DNA from: Deinococcota bacterium
Lineage (GTDB): Bacteria > Deinococcota > Deinococci > Deinococcales > Thermaceae
Assembly (NCBI GenBank): GCA_041695225.1
Contig: JBGFRI010000003.1
Span: 1-64,000 of the forward strand
Direction: 5' to 3'
Length of the DNA: 64,000 bases
Part shown: positions 19,380 through 29,383 of the stretch, one piece after another
Layout of the letters: every line of letters starts with the position of its first letter
How positions within the stretch are numbered: the stretch's first letter is position 1
The notes under the pieces: generated by a model
The model's database searches: none
What the model saw: only the letters and a program-made list of their open reading frames with translations
What the model was told of the DNA's origin: nothing
Position numbers and translations under genes: made by a program

Positions 19380-20078
19380 TTATCGTTGCACCTCCAGCAC
19401 GGCCCGTTCAGCGCCTCGAGCCAGCACTACCCGGTCCGGGTCTATCCGTACAATTCTGATTGAGTTTTCCACGGTCTCACCCACCCGATAAAAGCCACTG
19501 TGTTCTCCCACACGCAACAGAACGCTGGTCTGGGCGCCTACCCCGATAGCTTCCACACTCCAGCCCGCCGTCCTGACCCATTCGGCCAGGGTCGGTGGAG
19601 CGGGTGGTCGAGACGGAGCAGGAGCCGCCGGGGTCGGGGGAACCGGCGGGGTAAAGGTTGGCATCGGCATAGGAGCAGGGGGTGGAGGCACAGGCAGGCG
19701 GTCAACCCTGACCGTTCCAGCGCCTGCTGGAGCAGCGCTATCCCCGGCAATCTGCTGGTAGGCCTGGAAGGGATCCACCAGCACAGGCTCCGGGGCCGGA
19801 ACCGGCGCGGTCACGCTCTCAACTGGATGAACTGGTATCGGTGCAGGTGGTTCTACCACTACCACTACCGGCTCAGTTCTGGTGGTCTGCGGCAGCTCCA
19901 CCACAGGCGCCGGGGCAGGAACCATACGCCACCAGCCCAGTCCTCCGATCACCCCCAGCAGGGCAACAGCGCCAATCAGCGCCAGCCGCCGCTTCCGGGC
20001 AGGCTCAGGGCTGACCCGGTTGGTAGTAGGCTTTGAGAACCATCTTTGCACGAACATTTCCTCCCTCTTCCAGGGCAA
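19380..20078 (-). CDS. Membrane-anchored Pro-rich pilus accessory protein (PilP/GspC-like position)
   Basis: TM helix, DPF motif, C-terminal RVGETV...IVRIDPDRVVL; lies between pilO and pilQ. Confidence 0.6.
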   Translation of the reverse strand: MPWKREEMFVQRWFSKPTTNRVSPEPARKRRLALIGAVALLGVIGGLGWWRMVPAPAPVVELPQTTRTEPVVVVVEPPAPIPVHPVESVTAPVPAPEPVLVDPFQAYQQIAGDSAAPAGAGTVRVDRLPVPPPPAPMPMPTFTPPVPPTPAAPAPSRPPAPPTLAEWVRTAGWSVEAIGVGAQTSVLLRVGEHSGFYRVGETVENSIRIVRIDPDRVVLARGAERAVLEVQR

Positions 20079-20565
20079 CCGCTACATCTCTCAAGATAAT
20101 CGCTCGGCCCGCATTCTGAAGTCGGTTCATGAGAGCGATCACCCGGGGAAAGGAACCGCTCATCTCAACTGGGGTAGTTATGTGGGCAAAAACCCCCTGG
20201 CCCGTCACCACCGCAGGATTCAGCGGGCCCAGCCTGACCCCCTCCGCCTGACTGAGACTTCCCAGCAGGCGCACCAGGCCCGCATAGTCCTGACCCTCTG
20301 GCAGCCGCGCCTGCCCCAGCTCCCAGGTATTGCTCAGCTCACGCAGCTGGTGTTCGAGCTGCTGATTGCTCGCCGCGACAAGCTCCAGCCGCTGGCGTTC
20401 ACCGCGTATCTCCGCCAGCGCCTGCTGCTGAGCCAGTATCTGGCTAAACTGCCAGGAAAATAGACCTAACAGGCCCAGCAGGGCCAGGCCCAAAACCAGC
20501 AGCAGCCCGCTTCCCTCAGGCAGTCGTGCCAGGTCTTTGAGATCCAGCTTCAGCGGCTTATTCAC
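20005..20565 (-). CDS. pilO: PilO-like protein
   Basis: TM plus coiled coil, RLP, VEMSGSF...MNRL...R; position in operon. Confidence 0.8.
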   Translation of the reverse strand: MNKPLKLDLKDLARLPEGSGLLLVLGLALLGLLGLFSWQFSQILAQQQALAEIRGERQRLELVAASNQQLEHQLRELSNTWELGQARLPEGQDYAGLVRLLGSLSQAEGVRLGPLNPAVVTGQGVFAHITTPVEMSGSFPRVIALMNRLQNAGRAIILRDVAVALEEGGNVRAKMVLKAYYQPGQP

Positions 20566-22090
20566 CTCGGGCCCCCCGGTTTATCCTGACCGTAGCAGCA
20601 AACTCGTACCTGTTACCCTGTTTAGCCCAGCGCCCCAGCGTCACACTGCGCTCCGGCCGCCCTTCCCACTCTCGCAAGAAAGCCTCCAGGGCCGCGCGGC
20701 TAACCGCCATCCCTTCCAGGGAATACTGATACTGCTCCTGGTTATTCAACAGGCTCACCCGTCGTAAACCCACTCCCAGACCCCTATCCATAACGGGCAG
20801 ACCGGCAAGCAGCGGCAAAAATTCCGCCCTCCAGTCCACCGGCTGCAACGCCTTCAGGGCCTCTACCCTGGTCTCCAGAGCCTGTATGCTGGCCTGCAAG
20901 GCTTGCTGTCGCTCCTCTTCGGGCCTCAGAGCAGTAACCCGGGCCCGCTCTGCGGTGATCTGCGCAGATAAAGACAGATTGTAAAAAAAGGCTCCCAGCA
21001 CCAGGACGCCTGCCAGCGCCAGACTACCGGCCAGTAGCGGGCGCAGCCTCGTCCAGTCCTGCCGCGGCCCCGCCAGACCAAACCGACTTACCCGCTGACC
21101 ATCCAACACTGCCAGCAGGGGACCGTATAACGCACCATCTTCCACCGGGGCCTCAATCCGCTCGAGACCGAACAAATACTGGTAATTCTCGACCAGACGG
21201 TCAAACAGACCTTGCTCAAGGACCCCCAGGCCGGTGATATACAGATGAGCCAGGTTCTGCTCATTAGCCGCCTTGGTCAGCTCAACCGATATGCCATCCT
21301 GGGCAATCCGCACCAGGGTCTCCTCCATAGCCTGGTTGATGCGCTCTATCACTGCGCTGCTATCCAGCCGGTGTGTGGAAGCGGCTAGGGCCTGCAACAA
21401 TTCCAGTTCCCCGCCAGTCTGCTTCACCCAGGGATCCAGCAGGTCTACCAGAATGCGCGAACGTACCAGCTCCCGGCCCCAGAAGAAGGCCAGACTGCTA
21501 TTGCCCGGCTCGAGGTGCAGCATCATCCACAACCCCTCGGTCTGCTGCTGCTGCGCCGCCTGGCGGATACAGAGGGCCTGTCCGGCCTGGTCAATATCCC
21601 ACAGACGTAAGTGGTGCTCCTCAGCAATCTTGCTCAGGAGGTTGACAACTGGCTTAAAAACCTTGCCCAGCACCGCCTGCTTGCGTCTGCCCACACCGGG
21701 CTGCACACCGATCCGCAGCACTGCTTCCTCGCTGCGATCCGGCGGGATGCGCTCAGCCTCCAGAATCAGGGCCTTTTGCAGCTGCTCCCCTTCAATAGCC
21801 GGAGCGTCTCCTACCCGCAGGCTCATCAGCTCCGGTGGCAAGAGCCAGATCAGGTCACTGAAACCCCGGTGGCCTACCTCGCGCAAAGCCTGGCCCAGGG
21901 CCTGGCTCAGGTACTGGGGCTCCAGCAGCTCGCTGTTGCGCATCCAGCCAGACTGCACCGGTTTCCAGGCAGCCCCCAGCACGGCGCCCTCGCGCACCCA
22001 CACCAGGCGTAGATGGGTCTGGGTCAACCAGACCACAACCTGGCTCTGACTAGCCAAGCGAGAGGAACCGCTGAATCTCTTTAGCATCAT
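20558..22090 (-). CDS. PilM-PilN fusion-like protein
   Basis: N-terminal actin-like PilM features (LYITGLG), then TM, coiled coil and LEGMA.S PilN-like domain. Confidence 0.65.
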   Translation of the reverse strand: MMLKRFSGSSRLASQSQVVVWLTQTHLRLVWVREGAVLGAAWKPVQSGWMRNSELLEPQYLSQALGQALREVGHRGFSDLIWLLPPELMSLRVGDAPAIEGEQLQKALILEAERIPPDRSEEAVLRIGVQPGVGRRKQAVLGKVFKPVVNLLSKIAEEHHLRLWDIDQAGQALCIRQAAQQQQTEGLWMMLHLEPGNSSLAFFWGRELVRSRILVDLLDPWVKQTGGELELLQALAASTHRLDSSAVIERINQAMEETLVRIAQDGISVELTKAANEQNLAHLYITGLGVLEQGLFDRLVENYQYLFGLERIEAPVEDGALYGPLLAVLDGQRVSRFGLAGPRQDWTRLRPLLAGSLALAGVLVLGAFFYNLSLSAQITAERARVTALRPEEERQQALQASIQALETRVEALKALQPVDWRAEFLPLLAGLPVMDRGLGVGLRRVSLLNNQEQYQYSLEGMAVSRAALEAFLREWEGRPERSVTLGRWAKQGNRYEFAATVRINRGARGE

Positions 22091-23201
22091 AAGCGCGGGC
22101 CTCCGCTGCGGCCTGGGAGATCCTGCCCTGCTTGATCAGGCCGGCCAGACTCATATCCATCGGGGTAAAGACCTCCCGGGCGGTGGAAAGGCTGGAGCGC
22201 ATGGCATCCGCCCCCTTGCGGTCGCGGATCAGGTTGGCCACGTTAGGGGCGTTGGTCAGCAGCTCGTAGGCGGCAATGCGGCCTGGTCGGTCTATCCGGG
22301 GCACCAGCTGTTGGCTGACCACCCCCACCAGGTTGGAAGCCAGCTGCACTCCGATCTGGGCCTGCTGCTCAGGCGGGAAGACATCCAGGATACGCGACAC
22401 AGTATCGGGAGCCCCTTTGGTGTGCAGCGTACCCAGCACCAGATGCCCGGTCTCAGCAGCGGTCAGAGCGGCGGCGATGGTCTCCAGATCCCGCATCTCC
22501 CCCACCAGGATTACATCCGGGTTCTGGCGCAGGGCATCCTTCAGAGCCTGCTTGAAACCGATGGTATCCCCGCCTACCTCGCGCTGTGAGACCACTGACT
22601 TTTTATTGGCGTGATGGAACTCGATAGGGTCTTCGATAGTAACGATATGCTTGGCAAACCGCTCGTTCAGGAAATCCACCAGAGTGTTGAGAGTGGTGGA
22701 CTTGCCGCTCCCGGTAGGCCCGGTTACTAAAAACAAACCCCGGGGCATCTGGGCCAGATCAAACAGCCGCTCGGGCAGGCCCAGTTCAGCCAGGCCCCGG
22801 ATCTCCGACGGGATGGTACGGATTACCGCACACCAGCGCCCCCGATCCATGAAGACATGCACCCGGAACCGTCCGGCCCGGCGCAAGTAGAAGCTGAAAT
22901 CCAGGCTTTTCTGCTCCTTCCAGCGTAGCAGGCGCTCGTTGTTCATAGGGTCTGAACCCCGAGCGCTGGGGAAGCCGCTGACATCCTCGCCGTCTGCCAG
23001 GTTTAGTAGCGCCCTGACCGCTTCCTCGATGTCATTGCCCTGAAAAAACTCCCGGTTAGTCCAGGGAATCAGCTGCAACTCCCCATGTACCCGGGCTATC
23101 GGGGCCATGTCCGGTTTGATAATAATGTCGCTGGCCTCCAGGCCAATGCCGTATTCCAGCAGCTCCAAAAAGGCCACATATGCTTTTCCTCGGGTCATCA
23201 T
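22050..23201 (-). CDS. pilT: Pilus retraction ATPase
   Basis: VTGPTGSGKSTTL, TIEDPIEF, ALRQNPDVILVGEMRD, AAETGHLVLGTLHT. Confidence 0.95.
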   Translation of the reverse strand: MMTRGKAYVAFLELLEYGIGLEASDIIIKPDMAPIARVHGELQLIPWTNREFFQGNDIEEAVRALLNLADGEDVSGFPSARGSDPMNNERLLRWKEQKSLDFSFYLRRAGRFRVHVFMDRGRWCAVIRTIPSEIRGLAELGLPERLFDLAQMPRGLFLVTGPTGSGKSTTLNTLVDFLNERFAKHIVTIEDPIEFHHANKKSVVSQREVGGDTIGFKQALKDALRQNPDVILVGEMRDLETIAAALTAAETGHLVLGTLHTKGAPDTVSRILDVFPPEQQAQIGVQLASNLVGVVSQQLVPRIDRPGRIAAYELLTNAPNVANLIRDRKGADAMRSSLSTAREVFTPMDMSLAGLIKQGRISQAAAEARAYDAKEIQRFLSLG

Positions 23202-23219
23202 CGGTCTCTCCTCTCCGTG

Positions 23220-25718
23220 TCATCCGGCCATGGTCTTGGCCAGTACCTCTTCTGCCGTGCTGGTGCCCTGTTCTACCTTGAGCACCCCGTCCTCCATCAG
23301 TGATCGCATTCCCTGTTCGCGGGCTACCTCCCGGATGCGGTCCACCGTGGGATTCTGGGCCAGCAGACCCTGCATCTCCCGGTTTACCTCCATCAACTCA
23401 AAAATGCCGGTGCGGCCAGCATAGCCGCCATGGCAGTGGCGGCAGCCCTGCGGGCTAGCCAGCACTGCTTTCACTAAAGGACGGCCCAGCAGCTGCTCAC
23501 TCTGCCGCTCCCGATCAGGTTTTGCGCAGTGCGGACAGACCTTGCGCACCAGACGCTGGGCCAGCACCCCCAGCAAGGCTGCCGAGACATTAGCCGGATC
23601 CACTCCCAGATCTACCAGGCGGGTGGTGCTGCTGGGAGCGTCATTGGTGTGCAGAGTGGCAATCACCAGGTGGCCGGTAAAGGCCGCCTGCACTGCAACC
23701 TGGGCAGTCTCCCGGTCCCGGATCTCACCCACGTAGATGATGTTGGGATCCTGCCGCAAAAAGGCCCGTAGCACATCCGCAAACTTGATCCCCGCCTGGG
23801 GATTGACCTGCACCTGGGTAATGCCGGGGATCTCATACTCCACCGGGTCCTCCACCGTCAGCACATTCACCTCTGGCCGGGCCAGCTCAGCCAGGGCAGC
23901 GATACCGGTACGGGTCTTGCCCGAGCCGGTAGGGCCGGTGATGAGAAACAACCCGTAGGGCCGCTGGATAATCCGGCGCAGCTGGGCCAGGGTATCGCCC
24001 TGAAAACCGGCCTCGGTTAACTGGGGGACTGTACCCTCGCTCTTGAGAAGGCGCATCACAGTCTTCTCGCCATACATACCCGGTACGGTAGAGACCCGGA
24101 TGCTGGCTTCCAGACCCTGCTCCTTGAAGCGAAAACGGCCATCCTGGGGGCGCCGACGCTCAGCTAAATCAAGGTTAGCCTTGACTTTGATCTTCTGGAT
24201 CACCGCCGGAGTGGAGCGCAGGGGCAGGGTAGTGTACTCATATAGCAGGCCGTCACGCCGCATCCGCACCACACCCTGGCCCTTATGGCTCTCGACATGA
24301 ATGTCCGAGGCATCGCTCAGTACCGCCTCGCGCAAAAAAGAGTTGACCAGCCGGTCCAGCGCCCCGCCCTCAACCTCCAGGTCCTCGACCTCCTCCCCTT
24401 CCCCGCCTAAGAAACTGGTCACCTCCTGAAGATCCCGCTCCTGACCGTAGCTGCGGGTAATAAGCCGCTGGATGGCGCTGGGGCTGGCCAGGGCCAGTCG
24501 CAGCGGGGTATTGCGCAGGAGCATCTTCAGCTCATCATTACGCTGGATGTCCTCGGGGTCGCCCACCACCACCACCAGCTCCCCGGTCTCGTTGATATGG
24601 TGCGGGATAGCCCGGAGCGAGAGCGCGTAAGCATCGGAGATGCGCTTGCGCACCGCCGGATCGGGCGGTCGGTTCAGCAGGTCGATATACGGCATGTTCA
24701 GCACCTGCGCCAGGGCCTCGGTCAGCTGCTCCTCGCCAACCATCCCCCGCGCCAACAGCAGGCTCTCCCCCCGCCGGGAATCCTGCTGGTGCTGCTCAAA
24801 AAAAGCCCGGTCAATCCGGCCCTGCCGGTACAGAGCCTCCAGTACGCTGCGGGGTTTGCTCGACGGCCCCAGGGTGCGCTGGCTGGAACGGTATGCTACC
24901 TGCCACATCTCGGGATAGATCAGGGCCACCGGCCGCTTCTCCAGGCCAGAAGCAGCCAGTTCCTCGGCAATAAAAGCCCTGGGGGTCACATACCAGGCCT
25001 CCGCCCCCCGGCGTACCGGCAGAACCTGGAGCTGTGTAAACAACTCGCTGCTCAGCTTCTCCAGCACCAGCCCGTCCAGGCCGGCCCAGAGCGGGCAGCC
25101 GCTGGCCCGGGCCAGCTCCAGGTACAAAGCCCGCTCAGTAATCTGCCCGCTTTCGATCAGGTATCGCTCCACCTCCTGGGCAGCGCTATCCGGTAGATCC
25201 AGCCGCAGCTGAAGGACCTGCAACACCTTAGCGGCCCGGGCTGGCAGACTTCTGGTAGCCACCGTTACCCCGCTGCCAGGAGAAGCCTGGGTCTGCCGGG
25301 TGGCCTCGGCCCGCACAACCTCGAGCAACCCCTCCTTAGCGGCATATCCCACACCAACTACACCCAGCTGCGAGGCCAGGTTGTGCAATCGCTGATCAAA
25401 AGGCTCGCTACAGGCCAGCCAGACCCCATCCGGCTGTACCACCGGAATAGCCTCCCACTCCACCCACTTTTCCAGGGTGAAACGGGCCAGAAGGTTCCGC
25501 TCAACTGTGCGCAGGACCAGAGGTGGAAACCCTATCGCGGTCAGGGCCTGCTCAATAGCGCTGGCCGAGATTCTGGCCAGCAGTCCAGCCACCAGAGGTT
25601 TACCGCTCTCTTTAAGTTGCTTGCGCTCAGCCGTAGCCCGCAAGGGCGCAAACGCCCGCACCTCCCGCACCAACGCTTCAAAAAACTGGTTCTCGCCAGG
25701 TACGCGCATAAGTATCAC
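23220..25718 (-). CDS. pilB: Pilus assembly ATPase (PilB/GspE)
   Basis: ASDIHVE, RRPQDG, TGPTGSGKT, TVEDPVEY, LRQDPNIIYVGEIRD, CPHC..CRHC, GRTGIFE. Confidence 0.95.
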   Translation of the reverse strand: MILMRVPGENQFFEALVREVRAFAPLRATAERKQLKESGKPLVAGLLARISASAIEQALTAIGFPPLVLRTVERNLLARFTLEKWVEWEAIPVVQPDGVWLACSEPFDQRLHNLASQLGVVGVGYAAKEGLLEVVRAEATRQTQASPGSGVTVATRSLPARAAKVLQVLQLRLDLPDSAAQEVERYLIESGQITERALYLELARASGCPLWAGLDGLVLEKLSSELFTQLQVLPVRRGAEAWYVTPRAFIAEELAASGLEKRPVALIYPEMWQVAYRSSQRTLGPSSKPRSVLEALYRQGRIDRAFFEQHQQDSRRGESLLLARGMVGEEQLTEALAQVLNMPYIDLLNRPPDPAVRKRISDAYALSLRAIPHHINETGELVVVVGDPEDIQRNDELKMLLRNTPLRLALASPSAIQRLITRSYGQERDLQEVTSFLGGEGEEVEDLEVEGGALDRLVNSFLREAVLSDASDIHVESHKGQGVVRMRRDGLLYEYTTLPLRSTPAVIQKIKVKANLDLAERRRPQDGRFRFKEQGLEASIRVSTVPGMYGEKTVMRLLKSEGTVPQLTEAGFQGDTLAQLRRIIQRPYGLFLITGPTGSGKTRTGIAALAELARPEVNVLTVEDPVEYEIPGITQVQVNPQAGIKFADVLRAFLRQDPNIIYVGEIRDRETAQVAVQAAFTGHLVIATLHTNDAPSSTTRLVDLGVDPANVSAALLGVLAQRLVRKVCPHCAKPDRERQSEQLLGRPLVKAVLASPQGCRHCHGGYAGRTGIFELMEVNREMQGLLAQNPTVDRIREVAREQGMRSLMEDGVLKVEQGTSTAEEVLAKTMAG

Positions 25719-25763
25719 TTTAGACGGTAATCTCCTTTCGTCCGGTACATTTATGAGAACCCT

Positions 25764-26357
25764 TTACCGCTGCACCCAGTAAGCCAGCACCTGCCCCATC
25801 TCTGTCGGGGCGACCCGCCGGCCGGCGGCAAAATAGGTAGGAGTATGCTGGATGCGCCAGCGATTTACAGCCTGATTGTCGCTGGCCAGCCGGGCCAGGG
25901 TCGCCGGACTCTCTACGCAGGGTAGCAAAGCCTGGATCTCCTGCCGCTGACGCAGAGCCACCTCCGCCAGCTGACTCAGGGCAAAATACTCCTCAATCTG
26001 CTCGAAGGCCTTACCTGGAGGCTGGCAGTATAACAGCCCGCTGACCAGAGCCTCGCTCCTGGTACGGGCAATAGGGCGGAAAACCAGCCGGATCTCCCCC
26101 ATCCTGGCCCGTTGCAGCAGGGCAGACCCCTGCTGCTGCCACATCCGCTGGCAGGATGGACAACCCCACCAGCTAAAAATGGTCAGGGCGGGTTTATCGG
26201 CCGGTCCCAGGGTCAGCGGATGCTGCTCCACCTCAACCCCCTCTGGTAACGGCGGCTCAGGCCAGAACCAGATCAGCAGGGCTGCCACAACCGCTATGCC
26301 CAGAACTACCCACTGGTCAGGTCGCACTCGTCTCAGCATTACCACTACCCCCCTCAA
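25764..26357 (-). CDS. DsbA/thioredoxin-fold membrane protein
   Basis: N-terminal TM, LGP.D, CPSC, IQHTPTYF. Confidence 0.85.
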   Translation of the reverse strand: MRGVVVMLRRVRPDQWVVLGIAVVAALLIWFWPEPPLPEGVEVEQHPLTLGPADKPALTIFSWWGCPSCQRMWQQQGSALLQRARMGEIRLVFRPIARTRSEALVSGLLYCQPPGKAFEQIEEYFALSQLAEVALRQRQEIQALLPCVESPATLARLASDNQAVNRWRIQHTPTYFAAGRRVAPTEMGQVLAYWVQR

Positions 26358-27046
26358 GCCTGAACCACCTGGCTGAAATTAGCCGAACCCTCCGGCTGCT
26401 GGTAGCCAAAGGCAGTCAGGTTAAAGCCGGCGGAAGTATCCTCTACCACCAGCCAGATCAGGCGGTCATCCCGCAGGGCAAAGCCGAAACCCCGGTGGTG
26501 AAGCCGGGCTTTAAGCAATTCCTCCAGATCGGCCTGGGGAAAAAACAACCCAGCGTCCAGGGCGCTCAGGGCGCAGAAGTGCAGGCTGTCTAGCCCTTCT
26601 TCCCGCCAGCCAAAGTGCAACGGAGCCTGCAAAGGTTTAATAATGCCCTGCTCCATCAGCGTCTCCACTGCCTGGTGAGCAAAGGTAGCAGCCCGGCTAG
26701 AGATACTTGCCGGCAGACGCTTCTGCCCCAGCCAGACTGCCCAGGCTTGCAGGACCAGGCCCTGACCGTTGCGCCGTCCCCAGGCCAGTACCCGGTGCCC
26801 ACCCGGCTCAATGCCCGCGGCCAGAAAAGCCTGGGAGGACTGTGTAAAAGCTGACAGACCCTCCCAGCCCCTTACCAGCTTAGTAAGCTGCACCACCTCA
26901 TCCTCAGAAAGCCCGTCAACCAGACCCTGGCCATCCGGCAGGTCTTCGCTGAGCAAAAGCAGCAGGCCCTGGCACCGGGTCAACAGGTCATACTCCCCGA
27001 TCAGCACTGAGTCCAGCAGGCTGTAAACCTGGTTGCGAAGGGTCAA
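26354..27046 (-). CDS. Hypothetical protein
   Basis: 230-aa ORF overlapping both neighbours by 4 bp. Confidence 0.6.
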   Translation of the reverse strand: MTLRNQVYSLLDSVLIGEYDLLTRCQGLLLLLSEDLPDGQGLVDGLSEDEVVQLTKLVRGWEGLSAFTQSSQAFLAAGIEPGGHRVLAWGRRNGQGLVLQAWAVWLGQKRLPASISSRAATFAHQAVETLMEQGIIKPLQAPLHFGWREEGLDSLHFCALSALDAGLFFPQADLEELLKARLHHRGFGFALRDDRLIWLVVEDTSAGFNLTAFGYQQPEGSANFSQVVQA

Positions 27047-28536
27047 TTGCCCACCCCCAGCTCCACCAGGCGCTCGAGCAGGGCCTGCTGGCCGCGCTCA
27101 CGGACGAAACTCACCGGATCCAGCCTGCTGTCGGGAACCAGTTCGGGCAGCAGGATGGCCGGAAAACCCTGCTTGCGGAAAGGGTTGGCCCAGCGCTCCA
27201 GAATAGCCTGACGCTTTTCCTGGGGATCGGCGTAAAGGTAAACGTTCTGTAATGGCAGGCGCTTGAGAAACTCCTCCCCTGGATCATGTTGTACATCAGG
27301 CAGGCCAATCACTCCCAGCCCATCCTGACGGACCAGGCTCCAGACCAGCACCGCGTTCAGCACACCCTGCACCACGATGATGCCGCCCTGGGCCTGGGCC
27401 AGACCAGGCCCCAGCCAGGACGTAATCGCGTAGCCCGGGGTCATACTGTAAAGACCGTTATCCGATCCAGACCCACGCTGTAACTGGGCGCTAAGCGGGC
27501 GCCCTTCAAGGTCGGAATAAACGATAACCCCGTCGTCACTGCTGCTAGCCCCCAGACCAGCCTCCACCGCATCGCGGTAGCTAAAGCCAAGGGACTCAAA
27601 GGATTTTGGCAGCCTGCCCATGCTGCGCAGGCGGTGCTGAGCTTTACTCACCCGCTCGAGCATGGCCCCTTCCAGCGGTCGCACCAGTACCGGGGAACCC
27701 CTCCCCGGCAGCTCGGGCGGGGTATCATCCACTGCCAGACCTCCGTAGCCAATGCCCAGCCCGGCAATGACGGCCTTAATATCAGCCCCGGCATGGTCGT
27801 AAAGTAGAATCTGCCCATTGTCCAGCCGGATTGAAAGGCTGGCCTCGGTACCGCCCTTTCCTGGCAGACAAGCTACCCAGCGGTTCGGGCCAGTCTTACG
27901 AACACCCTCCAGGCTGGCCAGTAGCCGCTCCAGATTTTTGCCCGCCATATGGGCCTGGGGATCACCCCCACGCCGCTTGATCAGGCGCTCGAAGTCCCGC
28001 CGACAGTCACTGATAAACGCTTCCAGACGGGTAGGAGAGGTGCCCACCCGGGCTGGCGAGCCGGGCAGGTGTTTGCCGGTAAGGGCCACAAAGGGGTTGC
28101 GCCGGATGGCGATATTGCCCCAGGTAAGCGGCTTTTCTCCACCACCCTCATAAAGCATTACCAGCGAGTTGGGCATGATACCTTCCTCGGCGTAAGCGTT
28201 GAGAATATCAAAGTAACGCATCGTCCAGGGAGCCAGCTTTCCAGCTATGAGGGCGTTGTAAAAGGTAATGGTAACAATGGGCGTGTAGCGGCTATTGATA
28301 TACGCCAGGCCCTGGCCCTTCCCCCGCAACACCGCCTCGTGAGCCTGACTGAAGGACGACCAGCTATACGGGTCTTCCACATTAGCGGCCTGCTCGGGGG
28401 CCGCAGCCTGGAATAAATCAATGGTCGGCCTCCCTTTTGGGGTCAGCTGCTTAGCTAGACGCCACAACGTCCAGCGATTTTCCCTGGTGAGCTTCTGCGG
28501 CAGCTCAAGCCAGGTGTCTGTAGTCTTTGTCTGCAT
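27043..28536 (-). CDS. Degenerate primase-like protein (primpol-like + CHC2-like + TOPRIM-like)
   Basis: RWTLWR...DPYSWSSF; W.ACLP...ASLSI...ILLYDHAG; IIVVQG..NA...VYLYAD. Expected catalytic residues appear substituted. Confidence 0.6.
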   Translation of the reverse strand: MQTKTTDTWLELPQKLTRENRWTLWRLAKQLTPKGRPTIDLFQAAAPEQAANVEDPYSWSSFSQAHEAVLRGKGQGLAYINSRYTPIVTITFYNALIAGKLAPWTMRYFDILNAYAEEGIMPNSLVMLYEGGGEKPLTWGNIAIRRNPFVALTGKHLPGSPARVGTSPTRLEAFISDCRRDFERLIKRRGGDPQAHMAGKNLERLLASLEGVRKTGPNRWVACLPGKGGTEASLSIRLDNGQILLYDHAGADIKAVIAGLGIGYGGLAVDDTPPELPGRGSPVLVRPLEGAMLERVSKAQHRLRSMGRLPKSFESLGFSYRDAVEAGLGASSSDDGVIVYSDLEGRPLSAQLQRGSGSDNGLYSMTPGYAITSWLGPGLAQAQGGIIVVQGVLNAVLVWSLVRQDGLGVIGLPDVQHDPGEEFLKRLPLQNVYLYADPQEKRQAILERWANPFRKQGFPAILLPELVPDSRLDPVSFVRERGQQALLERLVELGVGN

Positions 28537-29173
28537 ACCTTTCTCCTATTAACCACTGTTGCTCTACTACCCCGTCCCGCACGTAAAGAACGAGCGGTCC
28601 CAGCCAGCAGTGTGCTGCCGCCTGTACCGCTGCTCTAAAAAGGCGCCGCTGTTGTTTGCCCGGACGCGGCCCGATCCACTCGGCCAGGCTCCCCTCCTCA
28701 CCCGCCAGCCATCTGATAGCAGCAAACAGGCCGCTCAGATAAAGTACCGCCTCAGCCCGGCCAGGCAGGTGCGGAAACAACCAGCGCAGCTCAGCCTCCT
28801 CCCAGCAGCGCACCCGTTCTACCAGCTGCCCATCAGGGTCACACAACCCCTGCCAGAGAGGACTGAAGCCCCAACCACCTATGCGCTCCGCAATCATCAT
28901 CACCAGCTGGCCGGTATGGAGCACTGCCAGCCGTACCTGGCACGGGTACTGGCCGTGCAAGGGTAGAGCTTCCAGTTTGATCCGGTCAACAATAGCAAAC
29001 ACCGGGGCCGCATGATCGGACAAAGCCCCCCGGCGGTACTCTTCCAGGCATTCCAGCAGGAGACCGGGGGTTCCCTGCCAGTGATACACCCCGGATACCT
29101 GGGTCAGATTGTGGTCATAGCGCACCCAGCCAGCCTGCAAGTTATAACAAGCCTCAATAGACAACCCACCCAT
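28505..29173 (-). CDS. Hypothetical protein, first gene of the pilus-cluster run
   Basis: 222-aa ORF preceded by TATAGT-N8-ATG. Confidence 0.55.
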   Translation of the reverse strand: MGGLSIEACYNLQAGWVRYDHNLTQVSGVYHWQGTPGLLLECLEEYRRGALSDHAAPVFAIVDRIKLEALPLHGQYPCQVRLAVLHTGQLVMMIAERIGGWGFSPLWQGLCDPDGQLVERVRCWEEAELRWLFPHLPGRAEAVLYLSGLFAAIRWLAGEEGSLAEWIGPRPGKQQRRLFRAAVQAAAHCWLGPLVLYVRDGVVEQQWLIGERYADKDYRHLA

Positions 29174-29383
29174 GACCAGATACTATAACGAAATCTGACA
29201 GGGAGTTGACGCTGTATGAGAGACGACCTAATCGCATCCGCGCTTGTATTTCTAGCAAAATACAGTATAGTAAAAAAATCACTCCCCGCTTCGACTCGGG
29301 GAGCGATTAACTGGTAGGTGTGTGCCCAGTCCTCGGTCTCTAAACTGTGGGACATTCTAGCACACCTTCCACGGAGGTGCAAT

